NCBI GenBank assembly: GCA_951406725.2
Contig: OX597816.1
Span: 87,916,001 to 87,980,000, forward strand
DNA from: Octopus vulgaris
Taxonomy: Eukaryota
DNA length: 64,000 bases
Direction of reading: 5' to 3'
Within the stretch, counting starts at the first letter, position 1. Each line of letters starts with the position of its first letter. Positions 39,431 through 52,609 of the stretch are shown one piece after another. Made by a program: the position numbers and the translations under genes. The notes under the pieces are model-generated. The model saw only the letters and a list, made by a program, of their open reading frames with translations, was not told the origin of the DNA and searched no databases.

Positions 39431-39809
39431 CACAAAGGCGATGTTCCCCTGAATCGGATTGGAAGGCCGAGCGGGTGTCTATATCTGCTCGCGACTAAAT
39501 AGGCACTTAAAACAATTAGTGAAACAGTGGTACAAGCTATCGCGTCATGCTTGCTCGCGAGTGACGGGTCAAGTTTTTCGTCATTACTGTATGAATTTAA
39601 ATACACATTTTGTTGTTTATCGTTCTCATATCAATAAAATAAGTACTAGTCATGTATTAAAGTTGATTTTAATCCATATAATCTTTTACCCCAAATGAGG
39701 TTTTGAGTTTCTATTGGAAATCAGTATCAATCCTTTGAGAAGGGTAAAATATGAAATAATGAAATGGTAGAACGTCCATGGAAATGTCTTAGATTATTTA
39801 GCTATAGTC

Positions 39810-40430
39810 TTCTATGTTTTCTGTGATGCATGTGAAGACTGGATCCGGCAGACTCTGTGGAAGAAACCGTAATGGTTCAACCAAGAGGAAGGAGGCTTCA
39901 GTAACACATTGTGGAGGGCTGAGAGCAAGATGATGTCAGATATCGTGGTCATCCACTGCATCCAGTTCCAACCCCAATCGTCCTGATTTAGTCTTCCCAC
40001 TGGATTGAAGGTAGTCACTGACGAGCGAGTGTGGTTCACTGTATGCAATTCTTCTCCACTCTAAAAAACGTCACCAGTCATTTCAGGATCATTAGATTGT
40101 CACAGCAGTTCTGACGGACGAACATGACCCTGAGATAAAATATCTCCGACGCCAGTTTTGCCTTTCGTAAATTCTTTTGTTCAAGATTGATCAAATACAT
40201 ACTAGTAAGATACTGAGATTTGACTTAATAGACATACATTAACAATAGGCATCATGCTAAAGTAAGACGCCTCGATGTACTTTATATCTTTAGATATATA
40301 ACAGCAAAATATTTCCTTTCTTTTATGAAACATGAACTCTAGGTCAAGTACAGACAGTTCATTGATGCAGGTTAACTGAAACGCTGCAGGACGACGAAAC
40401 TTTTCTTTAGATTCTTCACTTCTCATGGCA
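39810..40430 (-). pseudogene. Possible decayed gag-like ORF1 relic
   Basis: ORF pieces 40202-40426 and 39812-40048 with coding-like composition, preceded by a purine-rich leader. Confidence 0.3.
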
Positions 40431-40543
40431 ACTACTCTTATCTAACTTTTCTATGAACTCTATTATCGACTAATTGTCGCAGGCACAAACCATCACCAAT
40501 TTTTCTCGAATTCTGCATTTCGACTTCATGAAGTTTTTGTTAA

Positions 40544-40578
<35 letters not shown>

Positions 40579-41024
40579 TCGTTATATTTTCCTTCATTTT
40601 CTCCCTCACTTTTATCTTTCCGTCTTTTCATTTTTTAAAAAATGTTTATATGTTTGTTACTTTTCGTTTCACTTCCGTGCTTTCTATCCTTTCATATATC
40701 CGTTCTTGATTTTTTTTCTGCCTTGCCTTTCCCCCCTCCAATCTTCAGTTAATCCGTCCGTTTTCTACTCATTCGAGTCAATTACTTCAATCCCTGCTAC
40801 CAGAGAGAGATCTTCAATGAATTACCAGTTACGTTGGCTTGTAGACAAAGAAAACCAACAAGGGTGCCTCTTCGCGACTTGTCGACTTACTAAAAAGTAG
40901 CAGTCGTATCACATTTCTTAACCCGCTCCCTTCTTTTGGATAGTATAATTCTAGAGACATTAAATCTGGAAAATCTGGAATAGCCAAGGCTTGATCACCT
41001 TTGGGCCAAACGACAACAATAATA

Positions 41025-41230
41025 ATCTTTTCTATTATAAGCATAAGGCCTGAAATTTGGTTAGGGTAGGGTGGCTAGTTTATTACATCGATCCCGATAC
41101 TTAACTGGCATTTATTTTAACGAACCCGAAAAGATGAAAGGTAAAGTCAACCTCGGTGGAATTTGAACTTGGAACGTAAAGCCGGGAGAAATACCGCTAA
41201 GCACACTAACGATTCTGCCAGCTCACTGTC
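41025..41230 (-). mobile_element. SINE family A (tail 2)
   Basis: Reverse-complement body AAAAGATGAAAGGTAAAGTCAACCTCGGTGGAATTTGAAC. Confidence 0.82.
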
Positions 41231-42088
41231 TAATGAGATCTGAAGCTTTGGAGGATTTTGTTAGCTGGTCACTTTTGACGAATTAAGTTGGCTTCTCTTT
41301 CTCTTGTGGTCCCACCCTTAGCAAGAATACAACATAGCATTAAAAGTCAACGAAACAGTCTTTATATTTATAACGAAGCCACCGTTTGCCGTAATGAGCT
41401 ACTTCTATGATATATCTATTTACCCAGCTGGACGGTGCCACCCGTGAACATATGAAGTAAGTATATTGGACAAAAATGTAACCCATTTAATGTATGCAAC
41501 AGAAAATGAATCGCTCATATTTCAGTTCGTTCACTATTTGTTCCATTTTGCAACATTACTGTACAATTTAAGCTTAAGAATTTCGTTTTACAATCACGTA
41601 ACCTCGAGTTCGATCCAACTGTACGACATCTTTAGCAAAACTTTTAACATAGTTTTGGGTCGACCTAAGCCTTGTGAATGAAACTGAGTAGACTGAAACT
41701 TTCTTGAAGTTCATTATGGATTTTATTTGTAATCTTAAAGGGCAGCCTTGTCATACTGTGTCACGTTGATTCCACTTGAGAATTATGATAAAAGTACAAA
41801 TCGTTTAGTCCCACAGACATTAAAGTGTGCCGCAGCTGACGGAAAATATTCGTCCACTTACAGATAGGAAATGTCAGCTACTTACATATTAATTCATTGA
41901 ACAAATAGTTCAGTTAATCGAACGACTGATACTCACCCATCATCGAAACAGTGGATATCCACTACTAGAACATATTTATGGCAGTCTTTTCGTATCTGAA
42001 AATCATGAGGGAGAGCAGCAGGCCCACAAGTGGCAATGCACACCAATACTTGACGCTGCAAGGCTTTTCTTTCTGCCTGCGCTTAGCT

Positions 42089-42311
42089 TTAATTCTTTAG
42101 CGCTCAAATTATTCTGACAAATGTAATGTTTATTTATTCACAGTTTCAAATTAATCGGGCATTATCTTATAGCTTCAATATTTAAATGATGTGATTGTTT
42201 AATTTTAGAATGATATTGTAGGATAGGTGTAAGAGGATCTGGATGGTTTGGGTATAAATCAGGGTAGAATATTTGGGTCTGACATGGTCAGTTTAAACAC
42301 TAGATGGTTAA
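42089..42311. mobile_element. About 220-bp MITE with TTAA ends (piggyBac-type)
   Basis: TTAATTCTTTAGCGCTCAAA ... TTTAAACACTAGATGGTTAA: degenerate TIRs bounded by TTAA, no coding capacity. Confidence 0.6.
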
Positions 42312-42424
42312 AGTGAGAATTAGTTCACGCAATTTTATCCCATTCTTTAGACTTCGAAGTATAACTACAGTTGCTCAGCTGGCTGAGCCGGCTACAATAA
42401 CCAGTAAGCTGTAACCAGTAAGTG

Positions 42425-42838
42425 AGCGGTGAGCTGGCAGAAACGTTAGCACGTCGGGTGAAATGCTTAGCGGTGTTTCGTCTGCCGTTACTTTCTGAGT
42501 TCAAATTCCGCCGAGGTCGACTTTGCCTTTCATCCTTTCGGGATCGATAAATTAAGTACCAGTTACGCACTGGGGTCAATGTAATCGACTTAATCCGTTT
42601 GTCTGTCCTTGTTCGTCCTCTCTATGTTTAGCCCCTTGTGGGTAGTAAAGAAACAGGTATTTCGTCTGCCGTTACGCTCTGAGTTCAAATTCCGCCGACG
42701 TCGTTTTTGCCTTTCATCTTTTCGGGGTTGATTAAATAAGTACCAGTTACACACTGAGTTCGATGTAATTGACTTAACCCCTTTGTCTGTCCTTGTTTTT
42801 CCCCTCTATGCTTAGTCCTTGTGGGCAATAAAGAAAGA
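42425..42838 (+). mobile_element. SINE family A dimer (both units tail 1)
   Basis: Junction GAAACA|GGTATTTCGTCTG at 42655/42656; AAC(C/T)AGTAAGCTGTA on both flanks. Confidence 0.9.
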
Positions 42839-43799
42839 AAAAACGAACTAGTAAGCTGTAGGTTTTTCTTTGGAGTAGTTTCCTCCATGGTGAATTGCTT
42901 TACAGGTCTGGTGAGCGCCACCTACACTGTTCTGCCGAAAGGGTGTCAAAGGGAATACTGAACCGCCTGTGTGACTCCACTCCTTGATTTACTATCAAGG
43001 CCGACTTCCTATGCTTTTCTTTTCCCAAAGCAATCAAAAAGGGTTTGTGCGTGGAGTTTCTTCCATAACATGCTAATTAACTCGCAGCTGTGTCCCTGAC
43101 AGGTGCTACGTCGCCGGGTCAGAGTAGACTTGAGAACAATAGTGACTGAGTGGTGGTTATACACTCCTTAAAACCCTTGAACTCTTGAACCAGTGCCTCA
43201 CTACCATATGCAGTTTAAAGTTATAATCTGGCCAGGACTGGGAAATATTACATTCACAAGTAAGAAATGTAAAAAAAAATTAATAAATAAAATAAAACAT
43301 CAGCAAGAAAACTCGGCACAAAAAGTGACACTGTGTAGTATTTGTTTCGCCGAGATAGAAATTCTTTTGTCATTCTCTCTCTATCAGAAATGCATTAATT
43401 GACCAGTTTTAAACCTGTAACCAGCGATGCTATTGTTCAACAAATGCGATATGAAATGAAAACGAGGCTTAAAGTGTTTATTTTATTCTTTAAAAAAATA
43501 CATTAAGAAAATAAAAACTGGTTTAATTTAGACAAAATGAAAACTAATTTCGCGAATAACAACGATAACAGTAAATAAAAACAAAAAACAAGAAAAACAA
43601 GAAATCCGGATATTTAATCCAAGTCCTATTTTTCTTTCAGCTTCTTCTATACTGATTACCAATCATGTTGCATTATTTAATAGAATGTCACACAATCGCA
43701 TGATTAATTATCGATTTACATTGACTAGATAGTAAATCAACTTTTTTTTTGCGACCTTTAGAGTCAATAGGATAGACCTCAATATATTACTGGTGCCTA

Positions 43800-44013
43800 A
43801 GGCGGCGAGCTGGCAGAAACTTTAGCACGTCGGGCGAAATGCTTAGCGGTATTTCGTCTGTCTTTACGTTCTGAGTTCAAATTCCGCCGAGGTCGACTTT
43901 GCCTTTCATCCTTTCGAGGTCGATAAATTAAGTACCAGTTGCGTACTGGGGTCGATCTAATCGACTGGTCCCTCCACAAAAATTTCGAGCCTTGTGCCTA
44001 GAGTAGAAAAGAA
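43800..44013 (+). mobile_element. SINE family A full-length monomer (tail 2)
   Basis: GGCGGCGAGCTGGCAGAAAC...GCCTTGTGCCTAGAGTAGAAAAGAAT. Confidence 0.92.
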
Positions 44014-44079
44014 TTTAAGCACCTGGTTTCAAATTTTGACACAAGGTCAGCAAGTTTGGTGGGAGGGGATAAGTCGAAT

Positions 44080-45710
44080 AGTTTTTCTGTACTTCTTTAC
44101 ACTTTAGCACTGAATCCATTATCGTTCCTACTACAGAAAACAAATGGTTACAAGTTAGGATCTCCAATTGCTAGAAATATCAATGTAACTCATAATTTCT
44201 TTGTAGGCGACTTGAAGGTTTATGCTAAAAGTGTTAACAATGCCAAGAAACAACTGGAATTATTAACATTTCCAGGAAACAACTGGAATTATTAACATTT
44301 CCAGCTGATATAGGCATGGAATATGACGAAAAGAAATGTTCATATTTGGTTATAGAACGAGAAACGTCAGTCCCCCAAACCCCAATCCTCTGCATCAACG
44401 GTCTCTCTATCTCTCCTACTCCACAAAAAGAATATTACAAGTACCTAGGCATAGACGAAAATGTATCACACGAAGGCACTGTAAATAAAGATGGAGTGAC
44501 CCGAGAATATTACACCAGACTTAGGAAAATATGGCAGTCGGAACTCTCCTCTTACAACAAAACAATATCCTACAATGCATTTGCAGTACCAGTGCTGATC
44601 CCAACATTTGGGATACTTGATTGGTCTGTAGAGGAAATCCACTCCATAGATAGCAAAACCGGCAGAATCCTGGCAACAACTGGGAACTTCCACAGAAACA
44701 GTGATGTTGACATGCTCTACCTAAGAAGAAATGAAGGTGGTAGAGGCATGGGATCAGTGCAGACGACCTTCGAATGCCGTATGGTATCACTCAAGCAGCA
44801 GAAAAAATAAATATATTAATGCAGTCCTGAAAAGTGAAGTGAGTAACATTGTACGAATTGGCAGAGAACTTCTCAAGAAACACTCTCTTCCTGGGCTTTC
44901 TTACCTCAGAGAAGACCTAGATGGAAAGCATTCAGCATACAAAAAGAAAAAGACCATGCATGCTATGTTACCCGGAAGCTTGAAGAAGACAGTAGAATTG
45001 ACACAAAGCACAGCTTCTCTTGGACAAGAGACCACTACATCACATCACACTTCGAAGGCTATGTATTTGCAATCCAAGAACAGGAGATTACAACAAACTA
45101 CCTGGTGAACGAGAGAGACAGTGACGCTTTTAAAATCTCAAGGTGCATGTGTAAACTATGTCATGTTTCTGTGGATGACATTACACATGTGATTAGCAGC
45201 TCTCCTAAAATGTCGTCACAGTACTACCTCCCTATGCGGCACGATGTGGTTGCTAAAACAGTTTACAATGCCATCCGCAAAAAAGACTCCTGAAATACAC
45301 TTTTAAAATCCCTCTGTTATGGAATATATTCATAAACACCAACTCAAGGAATACTGGTAGAATATTCCAATCAAAACTTGTCAAATATAAGCATAACAGA
45401 CCGGATATTGTTGTTTGGGACAGAGGGACAAAGGTGTGTACATAGACGTTAGCTGCCCCGCAGGTATAAATATTTCTTTGAAAATCAAAGAAAAAAGAGG
45501 ATATCGATTGACTACTGCTTCGAGACCTCCAGCTCCTATATTCAGACTATACCAATGATAATTGGAGTACTAGGTTTTGTTAGTAAATGCTTAAAGGAGA
45601 GTCTAGATAAATTAGGATTTTCCGGAAGAGAAATTGAATTGGCTGATTCGTTTAAGTGCAATCTGTGAGTGGAACCGTAAAAATATGCAAGACTTTTCTC
45701 AAGTTCCAAG
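44080..45710 (+). pseudogene. 5'-truncated decayed RT-CCHC-RLE retrotransposon (second R4/Dong-like family)
   Basis: LALNPLS..HNFFVGDLKVY (FVDD degenerate), YKYLG, LYLRRNEGGRGM, CKLC..ITHVISS, RHDVVAK, RPDIVV, GTVKICKTFLKF; 29-bp tandem duplication at 44247-44304. Confidence 0.9.
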
Positions 45711-45849
45711 CGTGAATTTGTCTGTATTAACTACATCCCAAAGATGGAGCCTTGTATCTTTGTTGGGGGCTGGGTCCCTCTTCAGTAGAAGATTTATAAT
45801 AATTAAAAAATAGAAGAGACATACACATACATACAAAAAATACATACAT

Positions 45850-46260
45850 AGGCGGAGGAGTGGCTGTGTGGTAAATAGCTTGCTTACCAACCACATAGAT
45901 CCGGGTTCAGTTTCACTGCGTGACACCTTGGGCCAGGGTCTTCAACTGTAGCCTCGGGCCGACCAAAGCCTTATGAGTAGATTTGGTAGACGGAAACTGA
46001 AAGAAGCCCTTCGTATATGTATATATGTATGGATATGTTTGTGTCTGTGTTTGTTGCCCCAACATTGTTTTACAATCGATGATGGTGTGTTTACGTCCCC
46101 GGATCAGCAAGAGAGAGCGAAAGAATAAGTGCTAGGCCTATAAAGAATAAGTCCTGGGGTCGATTTGCTCGACTAAAGGTGGTGCTCCAGCATGAACGCA
46201 GTCAAATGACTGAAGCAAATAAAAGAATAAAAGAATAAAAGTGTAAAAGAATAAAAGAAT
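45850..46260 (+). mobile_element. SINE family B full-length
   Basis: AGGCGGAGGAGTGGCTGTGTGGTAA...GGTGCTCCAGCATG..GTCAAATGACTGAAGC plus (AATAAAAG)n tail. Confidence 0.9.
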
Positions 46261-46679
46261 ATATATATATATGTATACATTCCTACAAAAACTACACACA
46301 CACACATATATATATACATACAGGCATACAAAATACACACACGCACGCACGCACGCACACACAATCACACACATGCACACACATAATGATCTAATCAATT
46401 CTGTTCTCTCTTAACGAACTTCTGGTTTTTGCAACTGTATATAATAAGTACCTCGAATAGGAGAAACGTGATACTAGTTGTTGAAACTTGCGAAGTTTTA
46501 GCAAAATAAATAAGTACATGCATACATAAGTACACACACACACACACACACACATGCATACACACACATACGTACAATCACATACATATTCTGCTTCTTG
46601 CATTGATAATTACTATTCCATCAAGGTTGTAGTCACAGATATCTACGTGCTGACACATGCATAAACACTTCACACACAA

Positions 46680-46731
<52 letters not shown>

Positions 46732-47159
46732 CCCCCCACACACACACACACACGCATACACACCCTTGTACAATTTGTATATAACACCATGCCAACACAA
46801 ATCTCAAATTATGACCATTCACAGTTTCTGAAGTGTTCAAGCTGAAGATTGAAATTTTTTAAAAAATGCTTTGTTCTGTTGTTCTTTGGAAATCTTTAAC
46901 ATTCCTCTCTATCACAGCACTTCAACGCACCTGTCCAATATTTAAAAAAGTGCCAAGGCTTAATTCTAACCAATTTTGATAGAATCAAACTTTTTGAAAT
47001 ATCCCTTCAACAAAAAAAAAAAAAAGGAAAAGTAAAAATACAAAAAAATATAGAAATAATATTTCTGATTTGTTTCGTTTTTAAAATTCATTAGTTTGAA
47101 AAAAATACAGAAATACAAAACACGAAACAAAAATCATAAACAAAACCAAACAATGTATG

Positions 47160-47570
47160 GCGATCAACTTTGCCATACATCCTTTCGGGGTCGATAAATA
47201 AGTACCAGTTGAGCTCTTGGGTCGATGTGGTCGACTTAACCCCGCCCCGAAATTTCTGGCCTTGAGCCAAAAATTGAAACCAATATGTAAGTGGAAGATG
47301 CATGGACTAGTGATCAGGATGTCTTACTCATGATCTTAAGAGTGCGGTTTCAATTCCAGGATTGGGTGGTGCGTTGTGTTCTTGAACAAAACACTTAATG
47401 TTACATTGCTCCAATCCGCTCAGTTGTAAATAAGTTCCAGCAATATCTGAGACCTTAACCCTACGATTGTCCAGCGTCCCGTGCAAGAGTGAGGAGTTTT
47501 AATCTCTCTGACTTATGTCATAGAAACTGGATTAAGTTCTGGCTTTATGAATCCTAAGGCTCATGTAAGA
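47160..47570 (+). mobile_element. SINE A 3' fragment followed by a diverged SINE group C copy
   Basis: CATCCTTTCGGGGTCGATAAATAAGTACCAG; then GGAAGATGCATGGACTAGTG head and GTTGTGTTCTTGAACAAAACACTT body. Confidence 0.7.
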
Positions 47571-48489
47571 CCTAAGCTTAGCCTAAGCCGATGTATGTAA
47601 ATCCACTGATACAAATCCACTGATACAAAAAAAAAAAAAAATGTTTCAGCCAGATCAGTTTCAGACCTGTGTTGCCATTGCATCAGCAACTGAGTACTCA
47701 CCTTAACTGTCCACATGGTCATTGCTTATCAACCGACTTGTACTAAAGACTTCAGTAAATAATAGACTGAGTAGCATATAAAACACATCTTTAGTAGTTA
47801 GTTTTATTAATGAATTATTGGAACGTTAACATGTTTGATCAGGGATGACTTGGTGCCAAGCAATAACATCGTATACCAGTTGTAGGCGGTAAATGGACAT
47901 TGAGAATTAATTGAAAACCATTTCAGCGTATTCTTTCTAAAGCAAAAAAGAAAAAAAAAAACTATAAATTTCCAGAGTGTTATATAGTAATATATACTAT
48001 ATATAATTAATAAATATTTTCTTATATTGGTGTGATTGCTTAAAATCTACATAAAATCCTCATGAATATCAGAATCTAAAAATCTTACTCTGATCATTCT
48101 TGATATTTGAAACGAGCCCCAACTCTGTATAAAAACTGTGTGTGATGAGTTTGTGTCTTTAAATTAATCACTCACAGACAGAGCCATATTTCAACAAGTA
48201 CCAGATATAGTGCACTGTCTCGAGGGCTTTTTCAGTCATTATTATTTTCTTTCTTTCTCTCTCTCCTTTTTTTTTATTAACTTTTTTCACTGCTTGACTG
48301 ACAGAAAAATATTAATACACGTCATAACTGACATTTGTAGTGAATGAAATGAAATTCTCAGTTCGGAAGCTGATTTGCTAACAGAAAAACGAATCTCTCT
48401 ATCACCGCTGAGAAACTCTATATAAATGTTTGAAATTCATTATTCCACTTTTCCACACTGGCATGGGCTGGTATTTCTCGGTAATGAGT

Positions 48490-48945
48490 GCTGTTCTATC
48501 TCCCGGAAGACGAAGTTCAGCATCTACAGTGTATTGGTCCTCTCCATTCTCCTCTATGGGATAGAAATGCGGCCCCTTTCAGATACTGGCAAAGAGGTTC
48601 GACAGCTTCAATAGCAGAGCTCTGAGAACCATGGAAAATATCAGATGGTACCATCACGTTTCCAACAAAGAACTGCGTGCCGCACGCATCAACCCGCAAC
48701 CTCCAACTTCATAGCCATCCGTTGCATGAGCTGGTAGAGATATGTCCTCTGTCTCCCGCTAGATCATCCTACCAGGGCCTTGCTCTCATCCGACACAGCA
48801 GCAGCGGACAGAAAGAGGTCTCGTGGCAGCCCCGTATCAGATTGCTGGACGTGACTGAGGAAATATCCGAAGGCTCGACCTCACCTTGGAGAATACAAAG
48901 GGGCTTGCTCAGGACTGCCAATGATGGACCTGGTCGGCTCTGCAT
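48490..48945 (+). pseudogene. RTE-type LINE 3'-terminal coding relic
   Basis: ISRKTKFSIYSVLVLSILLYGIEMRPLS..FDSFNSRALRTMENIRWYHHVSNKELR..; degenerate R.RG.PR.R. Confidence 0.8.
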
Positions 48946-49154
48946 ATGATGACATCTCTGAGACCACTAACTTGGAATGATTCCAGCCTTTTCAAGCAAG
49001 AGCATGAAGCCAACTAGCTTGTCAGTAATGAGAGCCATAATCTTACTATATAACATACCATGTTAATTCAGGACATGTACATTTGACAATGTGCCATTGA
49101 GTTTTTAAATCTGAAATAATAAAGGTCAGCTTGAAAAAGGGTAACCAAGGGTTT

Positions 49155-49224
49155 AAAAATGCGACTAAAACAACATCCTGAAAAATGTGACTAAAACAAC
49201 ATCCTGAAAAATGCGACTAAAACA
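49155..49224. repeat. 26-bp tandem repeat, about 2.7 copies
   Basis: AAAAATG(C/T)GACTAAAACAACATCCTG. Confidence 0.92.
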
Positions 49225-49386
49225 GCTTCCTTTCCACCCGATCCAGGCAATAAAAATATTTTATTAACACTAAAATAACTGCAATATTAATCATGCCCGC
49301 TGACTGCAATACTGTGTTTGAAACTACAACATATGAATTAAGGGAAGAAAAACAATTGTGAGTGCAGACTAGGCATTTTCGCTCAC

Positions 49387-49435
49387 CTCTATGGTGCTTA
49401 TTGCCATATCTATAGACATGAAAGAACAAACTGAC
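49387..49435 (-). other. Candidate 49-nt exon
   Basis: Minus strand: TATTTTCCTTTGCAG|GTCAGT...CATAGAG|GTGAGC; two frames open; lies in non-repetitive DNA. Confidence 0.35.
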
Positions 49436-50439
49436 CTGCAAAGGAAAATACTTGCACAGATAATATCAATGCACCGCATACAATAAACCACAATATGCAA
49501 GATTGCGCACTCAGATTTTCAGTAAGACGTAGGCGTATATTGCATATCCAATATAAATATTGTCGATAAATACAATTAAAATCCATAGTCGTTTAACACA
49601 AGCGAATATAAATTGGTAGCATGTATCATGCTTTTGCTGCTTTAGGTGGCTATGTAGTCACGAACCAGCAGCCGGACCTCTTGCATTCCTACTCCCGACC
49701 TATAGAATACGAAAGAAATTGCACCAACATTCGGCTGGTACTTATTTCAGCTGAGTAAACTGGGGAGATGTGAGATGACGTGCCTTCTCACAACGCACTG
49801 CTCGTATGATCCTGAGTCTAACAGCTTAACTACTAGATCACATGACAATAATTAATGATATTTATAAATACCATACAATATCAAGAATTTTTTTTCTTGA
49901 CTAGATTTAATATTGTAGAAGAGGGTGGGGTCAAAGTCTTCGCAACAAGTGAAGACGATGCACTTAATGTTGCTCTTGAGCAGTTGTAAGCCAAAGACTG
50001 CAAAAGAAATATACACGGGGAAAGATTTTCAGAGGGTCCACGTTCAAGGGATTAAGAACAGGGTGTTGCGGTTAGTGCAGGGTCTTTGTTGGTGGTTACA
50101 ATGAGTAATTTGTCGAGAATCAAGTCGCTTAGGATGCTGAGTAGAAATGGAACGAAACAACTAACTGCCAAAGGTTGGAATGCGCAGGTTAGTAAATATT
50201 TGTATATGAACACGTAGCGAGATCGTACTGTTTGCGTTTAATGAAAGGGTGTAATATTGTTTCATGGTGTGTGTTTGTTATTGTCTTCGTACATGTAGTC
50301 AGCACAGACTCTATCGTGTCTGACCAGCATGTAGATACGCCACTTGAGTGGATCAGGAATGAAGAGTGGTATCACTCATATAGTCACGTAAGAGTGAGCG
50401 TTGCTAGCAGTTGAAATTATGTTTGTAATTGAGGTAAAG

Positions 50440-50800
50440 GAGAAAAAGCTTGGAGAAAAACAATCAGAACTTTGGCATACAACAGAGTTAATAAAGCATG
50501 GGTCACACAGAGTTCACGGTGTGCCCCACTGTGGTGAAATCTGGTAGAAAGCTACTGATCTAATAGATGAGGGACGAATTGAGTCTATAGACAAAAACGT
50601 TTGGCAGGAGGCTTGCATGCTAGATACAGTTCAATGCTTTGTTGATGTCGAGCGAGCGAAACAATTTCATTTTTTACCAAATGCTTTGGCTTAGGAGAAT
50701 TGGTCCCCAGAAGAGATCTGGCTTTGAGAAAATGGTATTGCGGTCATTAAAGAAGATCAGAGAGTCAAAAACTATTTTAATGATCCCTGTCCAGCCCTTC
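50440..50800 (-). pseudogene. CR1/L2-like RT relic
   Basis: Minus strand FNDR.. and SLDINKALNCI*HASLL (LD.SKAFD.V.H motif), with degenerate PQGS downstream. Confidence 0.6.
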
Positions 50801-51029
50801 GACTATGTACTCATGTATTATAAGCACTCCTGACTAGAGCAGCATCGGGTTTAAACAAAAGCAACTACAACAGCAAGAGCAAAGATAAATAAGAGCAATA
50901 GCAACATCAATGACAATGAGCCAAAAAGAAGTTGTATATGGTCTTCCAGCTTATTAGAAATAGCAGTCAAATTCCCTCCAATTCACATTGGACCGTCCTT
51001 TTATATGCCAACTTCATATATATATATAT

Positions 51030-51420
51030 CTTTACTCTCCCTCTTTTTACTTGTTTCAGTCATGTGACTGCGGCCATGCTGGAGTACCGCCTTTAGTCGA
51101 GCAAATCGACCCCAAGACCTATTCTTTGTAAGCCTAGTACTTATTCTATCGGTCTCTTTGCCGAACCGGTCAGGACGTAAACACACATGCATTGGTTATC
51201 AAGCGATGTTGGGGGACAAAGACAGACACAGAAACATATACACACACATACATATATGTACACATATATACGACAGGCTTCTTTTCAGTTTCCACCCACA
51301 AGGCTTCGGTCAGCCCGAGGCCTATAGTAGAAGACACTTGCCCAAGGTGCCACGAAGTGGGACTGAACCCGAAACCATGTGGTTGGTAAGCAAGCTACTT
51401 ACCACACAGCCACTCCTACG

Positions 51421-51424
<4 letters not shown>
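51030..51424 (-). mobile_element. SINE family B full-length
   Basis: Reverse complement of the family B consensus, head at 51424. Confidence 0.9.
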
Positions 51425-51453
<29 letters not shown>

Positions 51454-52265
51454 TTGTATGTATGTATATGGTCTTTACTGGAAAGTCTTGGAGCATAAGT
51501 CTTACGAAATTCGAATTCACATATCTGCTAAAGATCATCCATTGTCACAAGAAATATCACAACAAACTTAAATATAACAATAATTACAACAACAACAACT
51601 ATAACAACAGGAATAACAGCAATCGCTACAAAAGCATCATCATAAAAACAACTACAGCAACAACAACAACCACACAAAATCACAAAATGGTAGAAACTAC
51701 AGTAGCTTTTGATTTATGCATATGGCCAGCTATATGAGAGAGGAAGGATTCGATACCATAGTCCCCAGTATAGTCCCCAGTACCTGACTGATTCTTTATT
51801 TTACCGACCCCCAGAAGGATGGAAAGCAAAGGTGATTGCAGGAAATGATCTTAGAACGCAAGGGATATGATTCCAGGAAGTGATTTTGGAACGGGGAAAA
51901 ATAGCGCAGGGCATTTGACTAACGCTCTAACAATCCCTTTAACTTGAACAGTGTTACAAGACTCACATAAGCCTCAATAATAACCACAGTAACCCCAACC
52001 ATAGCTACAGCAGTAACAAAAAGACACAAAAATTACAATAGTGGTCTTTACAACAATATCGGTTGCAACAACTACAATCTACGACAACAAGCACAACAAC
52101 AATAATACACACACGTGCAGTAAAAACCAATAGCACAAATACGTGTTGGGCTGTCAAGTGCTTTCAGGCTGTCAAATATCTTCACCATTTGGACAGACGA
52201 ACGATGATGATAAGAGATTATTCGATAGTTGACTGTAGGGAAATAGAAAGGGACATTCGAGAGTA

Positions 52266-52317
52266 CATAATAATAATAACAATAATAATAATAACAACAA
52301 TAATAATAATAGTAATG

Positions 52318-52375
<58 letters not shown>

Positions 52376-52426
52376 TAATAATAATAATAACAATTATAAC
52401 AATAATAATAATAATAATAATAATGA

Positions 52427-52460
<34 letters not shown>

Positions 52461-52510
52461 CGACGATGAATGATGATGACGACGACGACGACGACGACGA
52501 TGATGATGGT
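52266..52510. repeat. (TAA)n/(TGA)n/(CGA)n microsatellite
   Basis: Direct reading. Confidence 0.95.
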
Positions 52511-52609
52511 GAAAAATGATTTAGAAATTCTTGTACACTTCCCCAGATTGGATATTTGAAATTTATGTCATATTTGTTTTGGTTTTCCATTATGTAATTA
52601 ACTGATGGA

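Noticed and set aside
46450-46505. GAAACTTGCGAAGTT hammerhead-like stem III
   Set aside because: No CUGANGA box and no stem I or II partner
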